From: Candidatus Saccharimonadota bacterium
Lineage (GTDB): Bacteria > Patescibacteriota > Gracilibacteria > BD1-5 > UBA6164
Direction: 5' to 3'
DNA: 32,000 nucleotides
NCBI GenBank assembly: GCA_965229705.1
Contig: OZ245922.1
Location: forward strand, 480,001 to 512,000
The position numbers and the translations under genes were made by a program. Positions 10,321 through 18,004 of this stretch are shown here, one piece after another. Each line of letters starts with the position of its first letter. Position 1 is the first letter of the stretch. The notes under the pieces are model-generated. The model saw nothing but the letters and a program-made list of their open reading frames with translations. It was not told where the DNA came from and did no database searches.

Positions 10321-11103
10321 ATGAACAAACAATACAATAAAAAAGCTCTCACTTTTGTAGAAATGGTAGTGGTTGTTACCGTTATTTCTATTATAGGGAC
10401 TATCGGTTTTTACAGCTACACAAATAACATATCTACTGCTCAAGACACCGTAAGAGAAACTGATATCTCTGCTCTGCGATCAGAACTCAGTTTATACAAA
10501 CGAGAACGCTGAGCATATCCTTTCCCAGGAGACCACTTCTCCATTACTAATAGAGGATTAGAGGTTGCGTATCAGTGATATATGAATAAAAGCGTTGCTC
10601 TCTCTACAGCAGAAAACCTCCCCTACGATCCCCTCTTAAATATTCCATATATATATTCTACAACTGTAAATAGGCAAGAATATGAGCTTGCAGCAACTCT
10701 CGAAAACAAAGGATCTCAAAAAGCTCTTGTATGATGAGATTATAAATCTGTTGCAAAAAATATTCTCCCTCATATCATTCTTGCCTATAGCGGTCAGAGT
10801 GATATGGAGATAAATAACGACTTTTCTGCAGGAAGCACAAACAGAAAGCTTTTCGTCTTCGACGAATGAACCCATAATCTCGTCTATGACATATACACCG
10901 GTAATCCTTATAGCTCTGGCGTGAGTTTTGATACAAACTTGAATGACGGAAGTGAGTCTTTCTGGCAAAACTCGGATTATCGAAATTGCGATGAGATTGA
11001 GAGTGCTCGAAAAAATATTACTCCTACATGATCTCAAGATGAGTATCAAATACTTGATGATTCTTGAACACTCGTAAACACAAATTGTTCTGGAGTAAAT
11101 TAA
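10321..11103 (+). CDS. Type IV pilin-like protein (prepilin N-terminal methylation motif)
   Basis: The N-terminus is MNKQYNKKALTFVEMVVVVTVISIIGTIGFYSY. The frame continues through seven TGA to TAA at 11101-11103. Total length is 783 nt, in frame with track ORF 10321-10512. Confidence 0.8.
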
Positions 11104-11180
11104 AAAATACCGAAAAAAGGCTTCACAATACTATTCTATAAAAAAATTATTGAAGAAATTGACTTTTTTTCTTCACATTT

Positions 11181-11209
11181 TTGACATTATAAAAAAAATA
11201 TTTTACTAT
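11181..11209 (+). promoter_or_regulatory. Candidate sigma70-type promoter for the 11244 gene
   Basis: TTGACA (11181-11186) is followed by a 17-nt spacer and TACTAT (11204-11209), about 35 nt upstream of the ATG. Confidence 0.35.
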
Positions 11210-11243
11210 CTATAGGTAGTTTGATTTTTATATATTTCGTATT

Positions 11244-12179
11244 ATGTCAGAAAATAAAAAAATAAACCTCTCTGCTCTTTCTCCTCAGTATAAGAAAGAT
11301 GAAAGTATCGTTGAGAATACTCCCTCTCTTGACGCGAAAAATTCTCTATCAAAAGAAAATCTCAAAAACAGTACGGAAAATGATACTGTAAAAACGCCAG
11401 AGACTTCTTCACCTTCTGTAAAAATCTCTCTTTGAAACATTAAGAGTCCTCAAAAAAATGAAAAGCAAGATACAGAGAAACAACAGACTTCAAAAAATTC
11501 TGTAAAAAATGATACTGCAGAAGACGCTCTTCAAGAAAATAAAAGTCTCAAAATTTCTGTGTGAGAAATACAATCAAAAAACCAAAAAGAAAGCACTTGA
11601 TGAGAAAATGCAGAAGAAAAGACGCATACTCTTGCTGAAAATACTCAACACACAGAACAAGCGCAAAGCACTACACAGACTCCCACTCCCCTCTCTCTTT
11701 CAAAAAAATGATCTGCAAGTACAGATAATCAAGATACAGCTCAGCAAGAAACACCAGAAGAGAAATTTGATAACTATGAGTCAAGTTTTGAGAAACAATC
11801 AAATAAGATCAAGCATCGTTTGAAGCATTTTGAGTATAAAAAATATACTCCTTTACGGGCATGATTTACTATTGCTTTTTGTCTGACTGTTATATTTTGA
11901 GGTGTTACTGTCTCATGGCAAAATGGGTATATTCCTGAAAAGTATACTGCCAGTATTATGCGCATGTACTCTGAATCAGAAAATGCTCAAGAAATCGTCA
12001 ATACTCTTTCAGATACTGCATCTCAGATAGGAGAACAAACTCGAGGAATACTATGAGTAAGTTTATACAGTAAGCATGAAAAACTAAAAGATCATCTTAT
12101 AGAAAAACACAAGCAAGAACAGGAAGAAATCAAAAAACAAAAAATCAAAGATCATTTGATTGCGACATATTCGAGTTAA
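11244..12179 (+). CDS. Low-complexity (K/E/Q/T/S-rich) single-pass membrane protein, function unknown
   Basis: One frame runs from 11244 to TAA at 12177-12179 through about 10 TGA. It has one hydrophobic helix, RA(G)FTIAFCLTVIF(G)GVTVSW, and lies between a pilin gene and the pilin-FISUMP array. Confidence 0.6.
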
Positions 12180-12240
12180 GAGGAGTTCTGAAAAATGAAA
12201 ATTTTCTAAGCCTCTCTGGCTCTATCGAGTTCTGATTATG

Positions 12241-12271
12241 AACACCGGGCTTCAGCCCGGTGTTGTTTTTT
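12241..12271 (+). terminator. Intrinsic terminator hairpin
   Basis: The sequence is aacaccgggc-ttca-gcccggtgtt followed by gtttttt. Confidence 0.6.
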
Positions 12272-12296
12272 GGGTGTTTGAGAAAGCTCTGAGTTT

Positions 12297-12332
12297 CAAA
12301 CCCGGGGTATCATACCCCGGGTTTGTTTTTTT
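12297..12332 (+). terminator. Second intrinsic terminator hairpin
   Basis: The sequence is caaacccgggg-tatcata-ccccgggtttg followed by ttttttt. Confidence 0.6.
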
Positions 12333-12393
12333 GAGAAGAACTATATCCACACACAAGATTCTTTCTTGAGTCAACGAAAAAACTCTTGTTCTA

Positions 12394-12441
12394 TTGTATT
12401 TTCGTGAAAAAGAAGTATTTTTCTCTTGGAAAATACTTTCT
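12394..12441 (+). promoter_or_regulatory. Candidate promoter plus conserved inverted repeat upstream of pilin-FISUMP copy 1
   Basis: TTGTAT (12394-12399) is followed by 16 nt and TATTTT (12416-12421). It overlaps the inverted repeat agaagtattttt-ctcttgg-aaaatactttct. The same architecture precedes all four copies. Confidence 0.35.
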
Positions 12442-12454
12442 TAATTATTTCTTT

Positions 12455-13888
12455 ATGAAGCCATCTTTCTTAAAAAAAACTCAGGGTTTTACTCTGGTAG
12501 AACTGATCACGGTAGTGACAATCCTCGCTGTACTCTCTGCTATAGGATTTGTCTCTTTTTCTGGGTATCTCGCAGGAGTACGAGATACCAATAGACTCTC
12601 ACAGCTCACATCTATCTATGACGGTTTAGAGCTCTACGCGACAAAGTATGATCTCCCTATGCCTGATGACGCTGTAGAGATACAAGACGGATCGAGTCTC
12701 TTAGGATACCAAGGAAATATTGGAGCAAATATCCTCGATATCCTCGACTTTAGTCGAGGAGGAGTTGATCCAAAAGATGATTCATATTTTGTGTATTATC
12801 TCTCTGCAGATAAAAGTGATTTTCAGCTTATGGCGTTTCTCGAGGAAGAACAAAATGTTCCAACGGTATTTTTTCCTCAAGCTTATGCAGAAAAAGACTA
12901 TAGCAATCTTTATCCAGTCGTATTTGGAGAAAAGTTAGGAATACTCCTTGATGAGACAACGAAAACTCCAGTCCATGAGATAGAGGCAGTCAAGACTGCT
13001 GGAGCGTTAGATTTAGATGGAAGCACGGAGAGTTATACTGCCTACTTTAAAAATGATGATACCGCAACGGATACAGGAGAAAATCTGTGAGAGACGATAG
13101 AGGAGGAGAGAGAGGAAGGGACGAGTAGTTCGAGTGTTTCGAGTAGTTCAACTACTGCTTCTACTGCGCCTACTGATTGGAGAGATCAAGACCCAAACTG
13201 TGACAGAGCAGATGTGACTATCTGAACACAAACTTGGGCATGATGTAACTCGACTCTGGGAACATGATTTGAGTTTTGACAAAAAGATGCGGATATAGGA
13301 ACGAATAATTATAGTGGATCGGTAGGTAGTTGTTACAACTATAACGGAAACAATTCCGCCACTTGTATCAAGTGAGACATAACGATGGCGAGTACCTCTA
13401 AAGCCAATGATTGGTTTACCGGAACGAATAATGATGGAGATACTGCCGTAGATAATATATGGGGAAAGTTCTACACTTGGGATTCTCTCGATACTGATAA
13501 TGATGATGATATAGACGCAAATGATACCAACCTCGTCTGTTGAGTGTGATACCATGTACCAAGTGAACTCGAATGGGAAACACTGGAAGAATACTTGAAT
13601 GGATCAGCTTGTAGAACTACAAGTAATTGACAATGCGACTGACAGTGATGGCAGTACCACTCAACGACTAATAGTGATAGCAGTATTGCTGCTCTCCTAC
13701 AGATTCCTTTGAGTGGTTGGAGGAGTAATAATACATTCAATAGTCGTGGGTACTATGGGTATCTATGGTCTAGTACGGTAAATGGATCTGAGGCTTATAG
13801 GAGAGGATTCAGTAATCTCTATACTACTGTTGATAGTAACAATCGTACACAATCGAATTGATATTCAGTCAGATGTATCAAGGATTAG
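12455..13888 (+). CDS. Type IV pilin N-terminal module fused to a FISUMP (Fibrobacter succinogenes major paralogous, TIGR02145-like) domain, copy 1
   Basis: The protein starts MKPSFLKKTQ-G|FTLVELITVVTILAVLSAIGF, followed by a 211-aa TGA-free pilin module and a boundary TGA (13088-13090). The linker is ETIEEEREEGTSSSSVSSSSTTASTAPTDW. The FISUMP part reads VTI(G)TQTWA(G)CNS...IWGKFYTWD...C(G)V(G)YHVPSELEWETLEEYL...LWSSTVNGS...SN(G)YSVRCIKD, ending at TAG 13886-13888. Confidence 0.9.
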
Positions 13889-13894
13889 GTATAA

Positions 13895-13925
13895 AATCCC
13901 GGGCTTCAGCCCGGGATTGTTTTTG
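13895..13925 (+). terminator. Intrinsic terminator after copy 1
   Basis: The sequence is aatcccgggc-ttca-gcccgggatt followed by gttttt. Confidence 0.65.
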
Positions 13926-13951
13926 GGGATTGCTCTGTACTCTAGAGAAAG

Positions 13952-14040
13952 CTCTGAGAAACAAAAAATTTCTCATCCTCTCTGGCTCTCACGAGCCATC
14001 TCTCCTTTGCAAAAGGAGAGAGAAAAGGAGTTTCTCAGAG
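13952..14040 (+). repeat. Structured intergenic repeat ('E element'), complete copy
   Basis: The outer stem is ctctgagaaac/gtttctcagag. It encloses the hairpins ggctc-tcac-gagcc and tctctcctt-tgca-aaggagaga. Confidence 0.7.
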
Positions 14041-14145
14041 CCTGTTTAACCCCGGGGTTGTTTTTTTAAGAAGAACTATATCCACACACAAGATTCTTTC
14101 TTGAGTCAACGAAAAAACTCTTGCTCTATTGTATTTTCGTGAAAA

Positions 14146-14176
14146 AGAAGTATTTTTCTCTTGGAAAATACTTTCT
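14146..14176 (+). promoter_or_regulatory. Conserved inverted repeat upstream of copy 2
   Basis: This is the same sequence as 12411-12441, offset by 1735 nt. Confidence 0.3.
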
Positions 14177-14189
14177 TAATTATTTCTTT

Positions 14190-15629
14190 ATGAAGTCATC
14201 TTTCTTAAAAAAAACTTAGGGTTTTACTCTGGTAGAACTGATCACGGTAGTGACTATCCTTGCTGTACTTGCAGCTATAGGATTTGTCTCTTTTTCTGGG
14301 TATCTCGCAGGAGTACGAGATACCAATAGGCTTTCTCAACTTACATCTATCTATGACGGTTTAGAGCTCTACGCGACAAAGTATGATCTGCCTATGCCTG
14401 ATGACGCTGTAGAGATACAAGACGGATCGAGTCTCTTAGGATACCAAGGAAATATAGGAGCAAATATCCTCGATATCCTCGACTTTAGTCGAGGAGGAGT
14501 TGATCCAAAAGATGATTCATATTTTGTGTATTATCTCTCTGCAGATAAAAGTGATTTTCAGCTTATGGCATTTCTCGAGGAAGAACAAAATGTTCCAACG
14601 GTATTTTTTCCTCAGGCATATGCCGATAAAGACTATAGTAATCTTTATCCAGTCGTATTTGGAGAAAAGTTAGGAATACTCCTTGATGAGACAACGAAGA
14701 CTCCCGTTCATGAGATAGAGGCAGTCAAGACGGCTGGAGCGTTAGATTTAGATGGAAGCACGGAGAGTTATACTGCCTACTTTAAAAATGATGATACCGC
14801 AACGGATACAGGAGAAAATCTATGAGAGACGATAGAGGAGGAGAGAGAGGAAGGGACGAGTACTTCGAGTGTTTCGAGTAGTTCAACGACTGCTTCTACT
14901 GCTCCTACAGACTGGAGAGCTCAAGACCCAAATTGTGACAGAGCAGATGTGACTATCTGAACACAGACGTGGGCATGATGTAACTCGACGCTGGGAACAT
15001 GATTTGAGTTTTGACAAAAAGATGCGGATATAGGAACGAATAACTATAGTGGGACGGTAAGTAGTTGTTACAACTATAACGGAAACAATTTCACTTGTAT
15101 CAAGTGAGACATAACGATGGCGAGTACCTCTAAAGCCAATGATTGGTTTACTGGAACGAATATATATGGAGATACTGCCGTAGATAATATATGGGGAAAG
15201 TTCTACACTTGGGATTCTCTCGATACGGATAATGATAATGATATAGACGCAAATGATACGAACCTTGTATGTTGAGTGGGATACCATGTACCAAGTAGAG
15301 CAGAATGGGAAACACTCGAAGAATACTTGAATGGATCAAATTGTAGAACTTCAGACAGTGATAGTTTCCAGTGTAAATGACAGTGATGGACGTACCACTC
15401 AACGACTAATAGTGATACAAGTATTGCCTCAGTCCTCCAGATTCCTCTGAGTGGTTGGAGTAATAGTAGTAAAACATTCTATGGTCGTGGGTACAATGGG
15501 TCTCTATGGTCTAGTACGGTAAATGGATCTAATGCTTATAGAAGATATTTTGCGTATAATAATACCCAAGTCTATAGTGACGATGTTTCACAATCGAATT
15601 GACATTCAGTCAGATGTATCAAGGATTAG
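14190..15629 (+). pseudogene. Pilin-FISUMP copy 2, interrupted by a TAG nonsense codon at codon 10
   Basis: The gene reads ATG AAG TCA TCT TTC TTA AAA AAA ACT TAG GGT TTT ACT CTG GTA GAA. The TAG at 14217-14219 replaces the CAG (Gln) found in the other three copies. The rest of the 480-codon frame is intact through TGA codons down to TAG at 15627-15629. Confidence 0.7.
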
Positions 15630-15697
15630 GGATTTTTGAACGCCGGGGTGTAGCCTGGAGTTTTCTTTTTGGGGATTGCTCTGTACTCTAGAGAAAG

Positions 15698-15787
15698 CTC
15701 TGAAAAACAAAAAATTTCTCATCCTCTCTGGCTCTAAACTAGCCATCTCTCCTTTGCAAAAGGAGAGAGAAAAGGAGTTTCTCAGAG
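15698..15787 (+). repeat. E element, complete copy
   Basis: The architecture matches 13952-14040. The small hairpin variant is ggct-ctaaac-tagcc, and the outer stem has one A/C mismatch. Confidence 0.7.
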
Positions 15788-15794
15788 TCTGTTT

Positions 15795-15828
15795 AACCCC
15801 GGGGTATGATACCCCGGGGTTGTTTTTT
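15795..15828 (+). terminator. Intrinsic terminator hairpin
   Basis: The sequence is aaccccgggg-tatgata-ccccggggtt followed by gtttttt. Confidence 0.6.
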
Positions 15829-16035
15829 GGGTGTTTAGAGAAAAGAGAGAAAACAGTTTTCCCCTCCCTTACCAAGGGAGGGGCTAGGGGAGGGTTATAC
15901 TTCTAGAGAGAGTTCTGAGTTTAAGTTTGAACCCCGGGCTACAGCCCGGGGTTCAAACTTAAAACAGTATACAAAGCATACTTCATACCTTTTCGCAAGA
16001 GATATTTTTCGCTTTTTTTCAAAAAATCTATTAAC

Positions 16036-17310
16036 ATGAAAATAATATTAAGAAGTAGTAAAAATATGACAGTAAATGATAAATACTCTGAAGTATGAGA
16101 AATGAAAATGCAAGAAAATCTCTGAGATGTCGTAGAGTACGTTGCATCTATTTTTAAGAATGCTATAGATTTTTGAGCTTCTGATATTCATATAGAACCC
16201 ACACAGCACTTTTTGCTGATTCGTTTTCGACAAGATGGGGATTTTCACATGATTGATAAAGTACATCTTGATAACGCCTCTGCAATTATTACTAGACTCA
16301 AGGTACTCTCAAAAATCAAGATAGATGAAAATAAAAAACCTCAAGACGGAAAAATCGTATACGAATACGAAAACTCTCAAGATCACAGCAAAGAACATAT
16401 AGATATTCGTCTCTCCACTCTTCCAACAAATTATGGAGAAAAAATCGTGATGCGTATTCTCAAACAGGATGACTCTCTCACAAATATTGAAGCGCTCGGA
16501 CTCATAGATGTCAATGTAGAAAAAGTACGCGAAGCGCTCAAAAGTAAATATGGAATTGTATTAGTTGCTGGTCCAACAGGGTCAGGAAAATCAACCACGC
16601 TTTTTGGAGTTCTCAAACACTTTAATCCTCTCGAGTACAATATATCAACTCTCGAAGATCCAATAGAATACGATATTGAGTATGTAAATCAATCTCAGGT
16701 ACATCCATGAATTGATTATACCTTCGCCTCTGGACTGAGGAGTCTCGTACGTCAAGATCCCGATATCATTATGGTATGAGAAATCCGTGATAAAGAAACG
16801 GCAACTCTCGCTGTAGAAGCCGCACTTACTGGACACCTCGTACTTTCTACGATTCATACCAACTCTGCAACCGCAACAATTCAAAGACTTATTAATATGT
16901 GAGTAGAACCATTTTTGCTTGCAAGTGCTATGAAGATGGTTATATCTCAAAGACTCTGAAAAAGACTCTGTAAAAACTGTAAGGTTCCTGAAGAACTCAG
17001 TGATTTTAAGAAAAAAAAGGTACACTCATACCTTGATAGTATTATGGATCCAAAAGAAGTAGACTCTATTGTTTTCTATAAAGCTGAGTGATGTGAAGTA
17101 TGCCATAACTCATGATATAAATGACGACTCGGAATACATGAGGTACTGATAATAGAAGAATACATCGAACCCATGATCCTCGCAGAAGAAAGTGCTACCA
17201 GTATACAAAGAGAAGCAATGCAGCACGGCATGATCACTATTGTACAAGATGCTCTCTTAAAAGCAGCTATCTGAAATACGAGTCTTGATGAAGCATTTAA
17301 ACTTATTTAA
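16036..17310 (+). CDS. pilB: Type IV pilus assembly ATPase PilB/GspE family, short form, copy 1
   Basis: Motifs are [29 protein letters not shown](G)[16 protein letters not shown], and CxxC...CHNS(G)YK(G)RLGIHEVL. The length is 1275 nt, in frame with track ORF 16213-16710. Confidence 0.9.
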
Positions 17311-17315
17311 AAACT

Positions 17316-17642
17316 ATGTTTGGAAGAGGAAAAAAAGTAAATTTTAAAGATATAAAAAACTTTCGCGATGCCGTGAGAGCTATAAGATGATATATCTATC
17401 TTTCTGAGTGGGTCAAAGCAAATACTGCTATTACTGAACTAGAAGACAAAGAAAAAGCTGCCTTTGAGGAGCTAGAACATCATCTAAAAAATGATTATAC
17501 AGAACTACAAAAACAGAAAAAAAAGTACGAGAAAAATAGATCTGAGGCTTATAGGAGAACTTTTTGGCATGAGAGTACCAACGTCCTTAGTAACGATTCT
17601 CCACAATCGAATTGATTTTCAGTCAGATGTATCAAGGATTAG
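17316..17642 (+). pseudogene. Chimeric junction ORF: codons 1-76 of the PP2C/SpoIIE gene fused in frame to the last 32 codons of a FISUMP domain
   Basis: The product reads MFGRGKKVNFKDIKNF...KKKYEKNRS|EAYRRTFWHESTNVLSNDSPQSN(G)FSVRCIKD*. It diverges from the full-length gene after 'aatagatctg' (17544 versus 23174). The FISUMP copies carry 'aatggatctg' at the equivalent point. Confidence 0.7.
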
Positions 17643-17648
17643 GTATAA

Positions 17649-17678
17649 AATCCCGGGCTGAAGCCCGGGATTGTTTTT
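17649..17678 (+). terminator. Intrinsic terminator hairpin
   Basis: The sequence is aatcccgggc-tgaa-gcccgggatt followed by gttttt. Confidence 0.6.
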
Positions 17679-17705
17679 GGGGATTGCTCTGTACTCTAGA
17701 GAAAG

Positions 17706-17780
17706 CTCTGAGAAACAAAAAATTTCTCATCCTCTCTGGCTCTCACGAGCCATCTCTCCTTTGCAAAAGGAGAGAGAAAA
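17706..17780 (+). repeat. E element, 3'-truncated copy
   Basis: The 5' outer arm and both inner hairpins are present. The 3' arm is replaced by cggtgttcccctctc..., consistent with a deletion between gagagaaaa direct repeats. Confidence 0.6.
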
Positions 17781-17962
17781 CGGTGTTCCCCTCTCTTCGC
17801 GTATAAGAGACCAGTCTCGAAAATGAATGTTTGTTTGAGTCTTGAGTAGCAACCCCGGACTGAAAAACTCCGAGTTGCTTTTGTAAAAGAGCTATATTCA
17901 CACACTAGAGTCTTTGCTGAGTCAAGTAAAAATCCTGTAAGTCATTGCGTTTTCCACAAAAG

Positions 17963-17990
17963 GAAGTATTTTCCTCTTGAGAAATACTTC
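17963..17990 (+). promoter_or_regulatory. Conserved inverted repeat, with a candidate -10 box, upstream of copy 3
   Basis: The repeat is gaagtattt-tcctcttgag-aaatacttc, preceded by TTGCGT, 16 nt and TATTTT. Confidence 0.3.
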
Positions 17991-18004
17991 TTTAACATTT
18001 CTTT

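Larger units (their letters stand above)
15669..17544 (+). repeat. Segmental duplication, copy A (about 1.88 kb: E element, hairpins, complete pilB, first 76 codons of the PP2C gene)
   Basis: It matches 21299-23174 at a constant offset of 5630 nt. I found only three mismatches: 15703, and two A/G differences near 17507-17513. Confidence 0.85.

Noticed and set aside
12386-12454. The longer N-terminal extension of copy 1 (MFYCIFVKKKYFSLGKYFLNYFF...) given by the track
   Set aside because: The other copies start at the equivalent MK(S/P)SF... ATG. The extension covers the conserved upstream inverted repeat, and prepilin leaders are short.
13148-13740. Minus-strand ORFs in the track (13148-13555, 13471-13740, 14883-15287, 15148-15402, 18768-19301, 20617-20925; 'MVSHST...' and similar)
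   Set aside because: They are antisense to the FISUMP coding frame, which has strong family motifs. They are low-complexity and repeat only because the sense gene repeats.
13952-14040. The E element as an invertible promoter switch (inverton)
   Set aside because: The 11-bp inverted repeats enclose only about 67 nt with no convincing -35/-10 pair. No invertase or recombinase gene is in the window, and the interior itself is strongly self-complementary. Without population read data this cannot be fully excluded.
13782-14069. Small plus- and minus-strand ORFs across the intergenic repeats (for example 13858-14049, 15606-15906, 17612-17905, 19507-19716, 21158-21536)
   Set aside because: They run through terminator hairpins and the E element. 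They start inside the upstream gene in another frame and have no recognisable protein features. The conservation is explained by the DNA/RNA repeat.
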